Origin: an uncultured Actinomycetota bacterium
GTDB taxonomy: Bacteria; Actinomycetota; Actinomycetes; CAVWCF01
DNA length: 64,000 bases
Direction: 5' to 3'
Assembly: GCA_963753435.1 (NCBI GenBank)
Contig: CAVWCF010000001.1
Coordinates: 224,001-288,000, forward strand
Each line of letters opens with the position of its first letter. Position 1 is the first letter of the stretch. Made by a program: the position numbers and the translations under genes. Below are positions 1 through 8,484 of the stretch, one piece after another. Under the pieces are notes generated by a model. The model was not told the origin of the DNA and made no database searches. It saw only the letters and a program-made list of their open reading frames with translations.

Positions 1-2
1 AG

Positions 3-305
3 GAGCTAGCCCGCTCCGCGCAACAACTGGGCTACCGGTTTCCTGTCCTGTTCGACGAGGATCAGTCCGTGGCGCGCGCCTTCTCGGCGGCCTGCACCCC
101 GGACTTCTTCGTATATGACCAGCAACGGGCACTTGTCTATCGCGGCCAGTTCGATGGTGCTCGGCCGTCCAACGACATTGCCGCGACCGGGGCTGACCTG
201 CGGGGCGCCGTCGATGCGGTCCTGGCAGACCGGCCGGTCCCCGCAGACCAGCGGCCTTCACTCGGGTGCTCCATAAAGTGGAAACCCGGCAATGAACCGG
301 ACTGA
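3..305 (+). CDS. Thioredoxin-like/AhpC-TSA family protein, C-terminal part (5' truncated by window edge)
   Basis: Frame is open from base 3 (ELARSAQQLGYRFPVLFDEDQSVARAF...). Motifs AACTPDFFVYD, YRGQFD and SLGCSIKWK are typical of this redoxin family. Confidence 0.85.
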   Translation, partial: ELARSAQQLGYRFPVLFDEDQSVARAFSAACTPDFFVYDQQRALVYRGQFDGARPSNDIAATGADLRGAVDAVLADRPVPADQRPSLGCSIKWKPGNEPD

Positions 306-323
306 CCGGACTGACCGGACTGA
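297..323 (+). repeat. 9-bp tandem repeat CCGGACTGA x3, first copy containing the redoxin stop codon
   Basis: Read directly: ccggactga ccggactga ccggactga. Confidence 0.9.
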
Positions 324-332
324 GGTGACCAG

Positions 333-1328
333 GTGCTAGGGCTGTTCGGCGGCGTACTCACGGCCGACCCGGAACGATTCAGCAGTGACTGGTGGTGGCA
401 GGTCTTCTTCGGAGGGTTTCTGCGCGTCGCCGTCATCCTCATTGTCGGGCTCGTAGTCCGGTTCCTCCTGATCCGCATCGTCCGACGCGTCGTCAAGAGT
501 GCGGCCGCCAAGCCAGTGCCCGGTGAAGATGACGGCAAGCGAACCCAGACGGCTCGTGTCGTCTTCGGCGAAGACCCGGTCGCACTGGAGCGTCGGGCCG
601 CGCGTGCCAATACCCTCGGCAGCCTCTTCGAGAGCATCGTCAATCTGGTCGTGTGGACCCTGACCATCCTTCTGGTTGCCGCACAATTGGGCTTCAACCT
701 CGGCCCGCTCCTGGCCGGTGCCGGCGTCTTGGGTGTGGCTCTTGGCTTCGGTGCCCAGTCGGTGGTTGCGGACTTCCTGTCCGGGGTGTTCATGCTCCTG
801 GAGGATGAGTACGGGGTCGGCGATTACATCGACATGGGCGAGGCCAGCGGCACAGTCGAGGACGTCGGCTTGCGGGTCACCCGGCTGCGCGGCGTGGACG
901 GCGTCGTCTGGTTCGTCCGAAACGGCGAGGTCGTACGGGTCGGCAACCACTCCCACGGCTGGTCCAGCGCGATCCTGGACATCGGCGTTGCCTACGGGAC
1001 GGACGTAGCCGAGGTGCGGCGAGTGTTGGACGAACTCGCCGAGGAAGTGATCACCGACTCGCCGGTGGCCGACCTGCTGCTGGAGCGCCCGACGATCCTC
1101 GGGGTGCAGGACCTAGCCGCCGACTCGGTGGTCGTTCGGATGGTCATCAAGACTGAGCCTGGGGAGCAGTGGGTCGTTGCCCGTTTCGTTCGAGAACGGG
1201 TCAAGGAGGTCTTCGACGCGGCGGGCATTGAAATCCCCTTCCCACAGCGCACCGTCTGGAATCGGAACGACGACCCCAGTGCGACTCCACCAAGGCCGCC
1301 CCAGCCGCCCGCAACCGACGGTGGGTAG
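333..1328 (+). CDS. mscS: Small-conductance mechanosensitive channel (MscS family)
   Basis: TM helices followed by LAGAGVLGVALGFGAQSVVADFLSG, GDYI, GTVEDVGLRVTRLR and GIEIPFPQR. Confidence 0.9.
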   Translation: MLGLFGGVLTADPERFSSDWWWQVFFGGFLRVAVILIVGLVVRFLLIRIVRRVVKSAAAKPVPGEDDGKRTQTARVVFGEDPVALERRAARANTLGSLFESIVNLVVWTLTILLVAAQLGFNLGPLLAGAGVLGVALGFGAQSVVADFLSGVFMLLEDEYGVGDYIDMGEASGTVEDVGLRVTRLRGVDGVVWFVRNGEVVRVGNHSHGWSSAILDIGVAYGTDVAEVRRVLDELAEEVITDSPVADLLLERPTILGVQDLAADSVVVRMVIKTEPGEQWVVARFVRERVKEVFDAAGIEIPFPQRTVWNRNDDPSATPPRPPQPPATDGG

Positions 1329-1337
1329 CTGCCCGGG

Positions 1338-1628
1338 TCAGCCCGTGGCTGGACGATCCACTGGCGCGCCCACGGTCTGGGCGTAGCGGGCTCCTACGAG
1401 CCCCCCGACCAGCAGAAACACCACCAGGCTGGCCAGGGCGAACCAGTCGCCGGGCAGCAGCACCTGAGCGCCGAAGTCGCGCGCGACCGTGAGCCGATCT
1501 GCTACCTCGTGCGCGGCTCCGCCTTCGGAGTCCAGCAGGTAGAAGGCGAATGCGATCACGTACGAGACCGGAACCCAGAACATGAATCCGAACGTCATGC
1601 CCAGGACGGCCGCCAGCAGCGTGCGCAT
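1338..1628 (-). CDS. Small hypothetical membrane protein (2 TM)
   Basis: 96-aa ORF with two hydrophobic segments; fills the gap between mscS and the DUF3048 gene; GGAGGGG SD upstream. Confidence 0.6.
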   Translation of the reverse strand: MRTLLAAVLGMTFGFMFWVPVSYVIAFAFYLLDSEGGAAHEVADRLTVARDFGAQVLLPGDWFALASLVVFLLVGGLVGARYAQTVGAPVDRPATG

Positions 1629-1706
1629 ATGAACCCCTCCGGGGTTGTTCTACCAGGCTCGGCAGAACCGCGGGGGAGCGGACGGGCCAAGACCTGGCCC
1701 TCAGCG

Positions 1707-2711
1707 CTACTGCAGCGCAGGTGCCTGCCGCTTGTCGAGCAGGACCACCCAGGTCTGGCCGGGCTTCAATGGGAAGTCCTTGCCTTGGAACAGCCAGCGC
1801 GTCGGCGCCGACTTCGAAGCGCGCTCCCAGGTAACGGAGAAAGCGCGCCCGTCGCGCAGGATGAGGGCCTTGCCCCGGCCCACGGTTCGCGTGAACGGCA
1901 CCGAAGCGCCGGACACGTCTGAACGCTTGAGCGTCTCCACCGCGACCGACTGCACGATCACGTTGTCGGCAGCCGAGGGGCCTTCGGCGGTCTGATCCTT
2001 CCGGCCGTCCAGCGTGTACACCCAACGCGTAGAAGCCGAGTCGTAGGCGAAGCCGATCTTGGCGGCAGGGAAGCGCGCTGTCACCGCGGTTGCGGCAGTG
2101 CCGTTGGCCGGCAGTGCGCCGAACCGAAACCCGACGTCCTTGGGCGGCACCGACCCGTCGGCACGTTTGATGAGGGAGCTAGGCGTCGCGGCCAGGTTGT
2201 ACGGCGCCGGCCGACCGGAGACCCGGTTGTACCCGGCAGGCCCGCGGTCGGCGCTGACATCCACCAGTCCGGCTTCGCGCACCTTGGCGTGGACCGACGA
2301 CACGGACCCGGAGAAGCCGAAGGCGACAGGTCCGTACATGGGCAGTAGCTCGGTATCGGTTTCCCGGGCGCTTCGCACCGGAACCACGGACTTGGGCAGT
2401 TTCGTTGAATAGACCGCGGCGAGTCGGGTGACGCCGCCCTCAACCTGCTGCACGTACACGACATCTGCGGCGGCCAGCCCTACATGCGGCAATGACTTGC
2501 GCGAGTTGTCGATCTTCATGACCAGGGTTGGTCCGTCCGGCACGGCTGCACCGGTCAGGAGGGAGCGCACCGTGGGGGAGGGGCTCGGGGTCTGGGACTG
2601 CGTCTTGCTGGGGGTGGGAGTCGGCGACGATGCGACCTCGCCGCCGCCGCTGCAGCCCGACGCCGCGACCACGAGGGCCACACCGGCTGCCGCGAGTGCG
2701 ATCGGCTTCAT
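1707..2711 (-). CDS. DUF3048 family lipoprotein
   Basis: Lipobox ASGC, Pro/Ser/Thr linker, motifs KIDN, GL..ADVVY..VEGGVTRL, PVRSAR, RPAPYNL, PGQTWV. Confidence 0.85.
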   Translation of the reverse strand: MKPIALAAAGVALVVAASGCSGGGEVASSPTPTPSKTQSQTPSPSPTVRSLLTGAAVPDGPTLVMKIDNSRKSLPHVGLAAADVVYVQQVEGGVTRLAAVYSTKLPKSVVPVRSARETDTELLPMYGPVAFGFSGSVSSVHAKVREAGLVDVSADRGPAGYNRVSGRPAPYNLAATPSSLIKRADGSVPPKDVGFRFGALPANGTAATAVTARFPAAKIGFAYDSASTRWVYTLDGRKDQTAEGPSAADNVIVQSVAVETLKRSDVSGASVPFTRTVGRGKALILRDGRAFSVTWERASKSAPTRWLFQGKDFPLKPGQTWVVLLDKRQAPALQ

Positions 2712-2800
2712 TCGAATGAAGGTACGTGGAGGGGACCTTCGGTACCGGCATCGCCACGCTTACCCTTCTAGGCTGCGGCCAACAACGGGAGGGGTAGGGC

Positions 2801-3601
2801 ATGCCAAGCGCGGTCATCACCGGGAGTAGCAAGGGCGTCGGATTCGGCCTGGCCAAGGCATTCGCGGCCAAGGGCTGGGATGTCGTGATCTCCGGGAGCA
2901 GCGACTCGACCACGGCGGCGGCGGTCGACCGGCTCGCGGAGACGCAGCCACGTGGGCGGGTAGTAGGGCAGGCCTGCCAGGTCACGGACCCGAGTTCCAT
3001 GCAGGCCCTCTGGGATCGGGCCAGCGCCGAGCTCGGACGGGTGGACATCTGGGTCAACAACGCCGGTCTGGCCAAGACCACGCAGGACTTCGTGGACCTG
3101 CCTGCGGAGCAGATCGAGCAGATGGTCATCACCAACATGGTGGGCACCATGAATGGCGTCCAGGTCGCGCTGAAGGGCATGCGCGAGCAGGGCAGCGGGC
3201 GCATCTTCAACGTCCTCGGAGGTGGATCCGACGGCTCCATCCGCGAACACATGAGCGTTTACTCGTCGACCAAGTTCGGCCTGAAGTACTTCACGGACTC
3301 CGTGGTCAAGGAGACCAAGGGCGGACCCGTTCTCATCGGCGAAGTGCGGCCAGGAATCCTGATCACCGAAGGCTGGTTGCGCGAGGCCAAGGAGTTGCCT
3401 GGCGGCATCCCCGAGAAGCAGAAGCGCGCTTTGAACGCCTTGGCGGATCACGTTGACGACGTGGCCCCTTGGCTCGTGGATCAGATGATCGGCACGAGCA
3501 AGCACGGTGCCGAGATTGCGTGGCTGACTGGCACCAAGATCGCCGGGCGCTTCGCTACCTCGTGGCGTGGCCGGGATGTGCTGAGCGGCTTCGACGTCTG
3601 A
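2801..3601 (+). CDS. Short-chain dehydrogenase/reductase
   Basis: TGSSKGVG Rossmann motif, WVNNAG, YSSTK catalytic motif. Confidence 0.9.
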   Translation: MPSAVITGSSKGVGFGLAKAFAAKGWDVVISGSSDSTTAAAVDRLAETQPRGRVVGQACQVTDPSSMQALWDRASAELGRVDIWVNNAGLAKTTQDFVDLPAEQIEQMVITNMVGTMNGVQVALKGMREQGSGRIFNVLGGGSDGSIREHMSVYSSTKFGLKYFTDSVVKETKGGPVLIGEVRPGILITEGWLREAKELPGGIPEKQKRALNALADHVDDVAPWLVDQMIGTSKHGAEIAWLTGTKIAGRFATSWRGRDVLSGFDV

Positions 3602-3603
3602 CC

Positions 3604-4209
3604 GTGGCAACCCCGGAGCACCTGAGCGACAGAGTCTGGACTGTTCCCAACTTCTTGTCGCTGCTGCGCCTGGCGGCCATCCCGCTCCTGTTGTGGTTGG
3701 TGCTCGGGCCGGAGGAGGACGTCTGGGCCGGGGTCCTGCTGGTTGCCGTCGCCGTAACCGACTGGGCCGATGGCGTCATCGCCCGGCGTACCGGCGCCAC
3801 CTCCGAACTGGGTCGCCTGTTGGACCCCTTGGCCGACCGGCTGACCACGTTGGCTGTGCTTGGTGCTTTCGGTATCCGCGGAATTGTGCCGTGGTGGTTC
3901 GTCGGCGTGCTGCTGCTGCGCGACGTGCTGATGACGGTGGCCCTCTGGCGTTTGCGCCGACGTGGAATCGAGCCCCTCGAGGTCTCGTTCGTGGGCAAGG
4001 CGGCGACGGCCGCGCTCCTGTCTGCATTCCCCGCATTGCTGTTCGGGGGTGGCTCGGGCTGGTGGGCCGATGCCTGGCTGGCGTACGGCTGGGCGGCCGC
4101 GGCCTGGGGCGTTCTTCTGTACTGGTGGTCGGCGCTGCTGTATCTGCGCCAGGTTCGGGTACTACTGGCCGGGTCCCGGGCGCACGTGTCCAGCGGTTCC
4201 ACGGCATAG
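3604..4209 (+). CDS. pgsA2: CDP-alcohol phosphatidyltransferase (PgsA2-like)
   Basis: WTVPNFLSLLR and DWADGVIARR...G..LDPLAD signature; start moved to GTG 3604 just after the SDR stop; synteny with the DUF881 block. Confidence 0.88.
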   Translation: MATPEHLSDRVWTVPNFLSLLRLAAIPLLLWLVLGPEEDVWAGVLLVAVAVTDWADGVIARRTGATSELGRLLDPLADRLTTLAVLGAFGIRGIVPWWFVGVLLLRDVLMTVALWRLRRRGIEPLEVSFVGKAATAALLSAFPALLFGGGSGWWADAWLAYGWAAAAWGVLLYWWSALLYLRQVRVLLAGSRAHVSSGSTA

Positions 4210-4237
4210 GCTCCTGCCAGCGCGACAGGAGGTGCCG

Positions 4238-5062
4238 ATGTCCAACGGGCCGGGAAGGTCCTCCACTGCGCTGCTGACCGAGATCGTTGATACCGCGCTG
4301 GAACCGGGGTATGCAGCCGCCGCGGAAGCCCGTCGAAACAGCGATGGTTCGGCACCGCGCCAGAGTGCCGGTCGCTCCGTGACCGTGCTGGTGGGCACCG
4401 TTGTGCTGGGGCTATTCCTCGGCGTGGCCGCTGTCGTGGCGGATGCGTCCGATCCGCAGCAAGCCCAATCGCGCAGCCAACTGGTCGCCGAGGTCGAGGA
4501 GTCCTCGGCGCAGGTGGCCGAACTACAGCAGACGGCTACCCAACTGCGAGCCGAAGTCACCGATCTGCAGCGTGAGGTGCTGCTGACTGCGGATGCGGAC
4601 CCTGCGGAGTTGCTGGCTCTGGAAGTCGCGGCGGCGACCGTGGCGGTTGCCGGCCCCGGTCTGGAAGTGCGTATCGACGATGCCGCGAGCACGCCCGCCG
4701 GGCAGGACCCGGCCCTGAGTCGGGTCCTCGACAGCGACCTGCAGGGCATCGCCAACAGCCTCTTCAACGCAGGTGCTGAGGCGATCGCCATCAACGACCA
4801 GCGCCTCAGCAGCCTCAGCGCGATCCGCGGCGCCGGGGAGGCGATCCTGGTCAACTACCGACCGCTTACTCGCCCTTATGTCGTCCAGGCAATCGGCGAC
4901 CCGCTGCGACTGGAAGCCTCGTTCGCGCAGTCTCCGGCGGGCGTCGGCCTGCGCACGCTGACCGACAGCTACGGCATCCGCAGCGATGTGCGCACGGTGG
5001 ATTCGCTCCGGCTGCCGGCCGCGCCGGCAGCGACTCTCAGTGAGGCGTCGGTGGCACCGTGA
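4238..5062 (+). CDS. DUF881 family membrane-anchored coiled-coil protein
   Basis: GGAGG SD then ATG 4238; TM helix, coiled coil, GPGLEVRIDDA, DSDLQ, GAEAIAINDQR, PYVVQAIGD. Confidence 0.88.
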   Translation: MSNGPGRSSTALLTEIVDTALEPGYAAAAEARRNSDGSAPRQSAGRSVTVLVGTVVLGLFLGVAAVVADASDPQQAQSRSQLVAEVEESSAQVAELQQTATQLRAEVTDLQREVLLTADADPAELLALEVAAATVAVAGPGLEVRIDDAASTPAGQDPALSRVLDSDLQGIANSLFNAGAEAIAINDQRLSSLSAIRGAGEAILVNYRPLTRPYVVQAIGDPLRLEASFAQSPAGVGLRTLTDSYGIRSDVRTVDSLRLPAAPAATLSEASVAP

Positions 5063-5391
5063 TCGCGGTACTGGGCCTGCTGATCGGCATCGTCCTCGGC
5101 CTCGTGCTGCAACCGGACGTGCCGACCTGGCTGCAGCCCTACTTGCCGATCGCTGTGGTGGCCGCGCTGGATGCGGTATTCGGTGCAGTGCGCGCCAGCC
5201 TGGAGGGAACCTTCAGCGACCGTGTCTTCGTCATTTCCTTTGTGGGCAATGTTCTGGTCGCCGGCTTGATCGTCTTCCTTGGCGACCAACTCGGGGTCGG
5301 CGCGCAACTGTCGATCGGAGTGGTCGTCGTGCTGGCCATGCGGATCTTTGCCAACGCAGCCGCCATTCGCCGCGACATCTTCAAGGGTTGA
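5059..5391 (+). CDS. Small basic protein family (Sbp/DUF1290)
   Basis: PYLPIAVVAALDAVFG...RIFANAAAIRR; lies between two DUF881 genes. Confidence 0.88.
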   Translation: MIAVLGLLIGIVLGLVLQPDVPTWLQPYLPIAVVAALDAVFGAVRASLEGTFSDRVFVISFVGNVLVAGLIVFLGDQLGVGAQLSIGVVVVLAMRIFANAAAIRRDIFKG

Positions 5392-5392
5392 C

Positions 5393-6109
5393 ATGACCGA
5401 TACCGAGTCGACCCCCGAAACCGATAACGAGGCCAACCGGCCCTCGCGCCGCTGGCTGCTGCCGATCGCGATTCTGGCCGGACTTCTCGGCTTCGCGGTC
5501 GTTGCCCAGGTGCGCGCCACTGATGAGGACCCCCTCGCTAGCGCCCGGCAGACCGACCTCGTGCGAATCTTGGGTGACTTGGACACCCAGGCTGAGCGGT
5601 TGCGGCAGGAGATTTCCGATCTCACCGCCGCGCAAGCGGAGTTGGTGAGCGGCGCGCCCGAGGCCGAGGCGCTGGCCCAGGCGCAGCGCCGCACGGAGGT
5701 ACTGAGCCTGCTCGCCGGAACGGTTCCGGCTGAAGGCCCCGGCGTGGTCGTGCGTCTCAGCGGTTCGGACATCTCCGCGGCGGTGGTGCTGGATGCGGTT
5801 CAGGAGCTTCGGGATGCCGGCGCCGAGGTGATTCAGATCGGGGACGTACGACTGATCGCATCAAGTTCCTTCGCCGACGGCAGCAACGGCGGATTGGTTG
5901 TGGACGGCACCACGCTCAACAGCCCCTACCGCCTGCTGGCGATCGGGGACGGCCGGACGCTGGAGGCGGCGCTGCGGATCCCCGGGGGTCTTGTCGACGG
6001 CGTGGGGGCAGCCGGTGGCTCGGTGGATATCCAGGCGGTCGATAGGGTCCAGATCGACGCGGTGGTCGCACCCGTCACCCCTGAGTTCGCTGAACCCGTC
6101 GCTGATTGA
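5393..6109 (+). CDS. DUF881 family protein
   Basis: ATG 5393; TM helix, coiled coil, GPGVVVRL, QELRDAGAE, SPYRLLAIGD. Confidence 0.88.
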   Translation: MTDTESTPETDNEANRPSRRWLLPIAILAGLLGFAVVAQVRATDEDPLASARQTDLVRILGDLDTQAERLRQEISDLTAAQAELVSGAPEAEALAQAQRRTEVLSLLAGTVPAEGPGVVVRLSGSDISAAVVLDAVQELRDAGAEVIQIGDVRLIASSSFADGSNGGLVVDGTTLNSPYRLLAIGDGRTLEAALRIPGGLVDGVGAAGGSVDIQAVDRVQIDAVVAPVTPEFAEPVAD

Positions 6110-6120
6110 GGAGAGAGTCG

Positions 6121-6489
6121 ATGGTTCCCGAAGACCTGCGCTACACGGCCGAACACGAGTGGATCCGTGAAGAGGGCGGTGTCTTGGTGGTCGGCATCAC
6201 CGACTATGCCCAGGACCAACTCGGCGACGTGGTCTTCGTGTCGGCACCGGCGGCGGGAACTGCGGTGACGGCGGGATCGCCCTGCGGCGAGGTGGAGTCG
6301 ACCAAGAGCGTCAGCGACCTGTATGCGCCGGTCGACGGTGAGGTGGTGGAGAGCAACGACGCCCTGCAGAACACCCCCGAGCTGATCAACACCGACCCTT
6401 ACGGCGAAGGCTGGATCATGCGCATTCGCCCCACCGCCGGCACGGATGGAACGCTTGACGCGGCCGCCTACACCGCACTGATCTCTTGA
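6121..6489 (+). CDS. gcvH: Glycine cleavage system H protein
   Basis: LRYTAEHEW, VGITDYAQDQLGDVVFV, lipoyl-Lys motif VESTKSVSD, DPYGEGW. Confidence 0.96.
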   Translation: MVPEDLRYTAEHEWIREEGGVLVVGITDYAQDQLGDVVFVSAPAAGTAVTAGSPCGEVESTKSVSDLYAPVDGEVVESNDALQNTPELINTDPYGEGWIMRIRPTAGTDGTLDAAAYTALIS

Positions 6490-6516
6490 CGCCCCACCCG
6501 ATCGACGTATCGGCGC

Positions 6517-6575
6517 TTGACGCGCTGGCGTGACGGTCATACGGTAACCCAACCCTCAACTGAAAGTAGAGGGTT
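6517..6575 (+). promoter_or_regulatory. SigA-type promoter (TTGACG-N17-TACGGT) followed by a 25-bp imperfect palindrome (putative MerR/FtsR-type operator)
   Basis: -35 at 6517-6522, -10 at 6540-6545; palindrome AACCCTC-N11-GAGGGTT at 6551-6575. Confidence 0.65.
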
Positions 6576-6611
6576 AGCAGGGCCGGGTTCCGGCCAGGAA
6601 TGGGAGGCACC

Positions 6612-7100
6612 GTGAACCTGTGCCCGGCGTGCGGGGCGGAGATCCCGGACGGCAGCGTCATCTGCCCCGAATGCGGCCATCGCGGACCCGAAGCGACGTC
6701 CGCGCTGCAGCCGGTAGGCGGGCAGCGTGAACCCCAGCCCGAACCGCAGCCAGAGCTCGTCGACATGGGGGTGGACCTGTCCCAACTGCGCGAAGAGACG
6801 GCCATCCTGCTGGTCCACGAGGGGCCTGGCGCCGGGAGCAGGTTCCTGCTGGACGCTGACGAGGTCATGGCCGGGCGCTCGCCGGACGCCGAGATCTTCC
6901 TGGACGACATCACCGTCTCCCGGCGGCACGCGGTGTTTACCCGCGAGGGCGGCTCCTTCCGCGTCACCGATCAGGGGTCGCTGAACGGCACTTACGTGAA
7001 CAACGAGCCGGCGATCACGGAACTCCTTGCCGACGGTGACGAGGTGCAGATCGGCAAGTTCCGCATGTCCTTGCGTCTGCCTGGGGGAGAGGATGGGTGA
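6612..7100 (+). CDS. garA: FHA-domain protein, GarA/OdhI-like, with N-terminal zinc ribbon
   Basis: CPACG...CPECG ribbon; GPGAGSRFLL, GRSPDAEIFLDDITVSRRHA, GSLNGTYVN, GDEVQIGKF; position next to gcvH and MerR genes. Confidence 0.8.
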   Translation: MNLCPACGAEIPDGSVICPECGHRGPEATSALQPVGGQREPQPEPQPELVDMGVDLSQLREETAILLVHEGPGAGSRFLLDADEVMAGRSPDAEIFLDDITVSRRHAVFTREGGSFRVTDQGSLNGTYVNNEPAITELLADGDEVQIGKFRMSLRLPGGEDG

Positions 7101-7818
7101 GGCTGCCCGTGTTCGGGAGTCGGTGAGCATCGGGGAGGTCATCCGGCAACTCAAACCGGATTTCCCGGACGTAACCATCTCCAAGATCAGGTTCCTTGAG
7201 GCGGAAGGTCTGATCACGCCCGAACGCAGCCCATCCGGATACCGCCGGTTCAGCACGGAAGACCTGGATCGGCTTCGGTATGTGTTGACCGCCCAGCGGG
7301 ACCACTACCTGCCTTTGAAGGTCATCAAGGAACACCTGCACGCAATCGACCGCGGCCTGACGCCCCCGCCGCTGGCGGGTCGCCCGGTCGTGCCCGTCCC
7401 GGATGCACCGGAGTTGTCTGGTGCGGACGAACTCGCAGCCGAACCGGATCTGCGGCTGACCGCAACTGAGATCTGCGAAAGTGCCGGCATCTCGGCTGCC
7501 ACCCTGAAGGAGTTGCAGGCCTACGGTCTGCTCAGTCCGATCAGCGGATCCAAGCACTTTGACGCCGACGCCCTGGCCATTGCGCGCACCGTTGCCGGGT
7601 TCGCCGAATACGGTCTCGGTCCCAGGCATCTGCGCGCCTTCAAGTCGGCGGCGGATAGAGAGATCGGGATGATCGATCAGATCGTCACCCCCCTTCGGCG
7701 GGATCGGCGCGAGGGGGCTTCGGCGCGAGCTGACGACACCGCCCAAAACCTCGCGGCGCTGTCAGTTCGTCTGCACGCAACCTTGGTACGCGCTGGCCTG
7801 GCCTCGGTTTCCGGCTAG
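7093..7818 (+). CDS. MerR family transcriptional regulator (FtsR/Rv1828-like)
   Basis: SIGEV...FPDVTISKIRFLEAEGLITPERSPSGYRRF, QRDHYLPLKVI, GLGPRHLRAFK; synteny. Confidence 0.88.
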   Translation: MGEAARVRESVSIGEVIRQLKPDFPDVTISKIRFLEAEGLITPERSPSGYRRFSTEDLDRLRYVLTAQRDHYLPLKVIKEHLHAIDRGLTPPPLAGRPVVPVPDAPELSGADELAAEPDLRLTATEICESAGISAATLKELQAYGLLSPISGSKHFDADALAIARTVAGFAEYGLGPRHLRAFKSAADREIGMIDQIVTPLRRDRREGASARADDTAQNLAALSVRLHATLVRAGLASVSG

Positions 7819-7857
7819 TCGCGGCGCTCCCTGTGTGACCGGCATACAGTTGCCGGT

Positions 7858-8346
7858 GTGGAACCCCTGGACGTGGTCGGTGTCCGTGTAGAGATGCCGT
7901 CGAACAGCCCGATCGTGCTGCTGAAGGAATCCGCGGGGAAGCGGTACTTGCCCATCTGGATCGGCGCCATGGAGGCCACCGCCATTGCCTTCGCTCAGCA
8001 GGGCGTCGTGCCGCCGCGACCGCTGACACACGATCTGCTCAAGGACGTACTGCAGTCGCTGCAGCGGCGGTTGGAGCAGGTGCAGATAACAGACCTGAGC
8101 GACGGGGTGTTCTTTGCGACTCTCGTCTTCGACGACGGCACCGAGGTGAGCGCCCGCCCCTCCGACGCAATCGCGCTGGCGCTGCGTACGGGTAGCCCGA
8201 TCGTCGGGGCGCCTGAGGTTTTGGACGAAGCCGGAATCCTGATCGAAGACGAGCAAGAGGATGAGGTCGAGAAGTTCCGGGAGTTCCTGGACAACATCAC
8301 GCCCGAGGACTTCGAGGGGGAGGGCGGACCAGAACCGTCAAGTTAA
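7858..8346 (+). CDS. Bifunctional nuclease family protein (DUF151)
   Basis: PIVLLKE...RYLPIWIG..EA.AIA, PRPLTHDL, ARPSDAIALA, EVEKFREFLD. Confidence 0.92.
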   Translation: MEPLDVVGVRVEMPSNSPIVLLKESAGKRYLPIWIGAMEATAIAFAQQGVVPPRPLTHDLLKDVLQSLQRRLEQVQITDLSDGVFFATLVFDDGTEVSARPSDAIALALRTGSPIVGAPEVLDEAGILIEDEQEDEVEKFREFLDNITPEDFEGEGGPEPSS

Positions 8347-8412
8347 GGTTGAGACTTGAGAGTCTGAAGTTGTGGTGAAGAGTTTGCTGCGGCGTGTCGG
8401 TTCGGAGCGTCG

Positions 8413-8467
8413 TTGACCGGACCGCGCACCGGTCCTAGCGTTGCGACGCAGTTACGACGATGTGTTT
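8413..8467 (+). promoter_or_regulatory. SigA-type promoter (TTGACC-N17-TAGCGT) of the second MerR gene with a possible operator downstream
   Basis: -35 at 8413-8418, -10 at 8436-8441; partial dyad AGTTACGACGATGTGTTT at 8450-8467. Confidence 0.5.
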
Positions 8468-8484
8468 TACGTCCGGAGGTTCAC

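Noticed and set aside
8350-8375. CTTGAG as an HspR HAIR operator
   Set aside because: The matching ACTCAAG half-site at the right spacing is missing.
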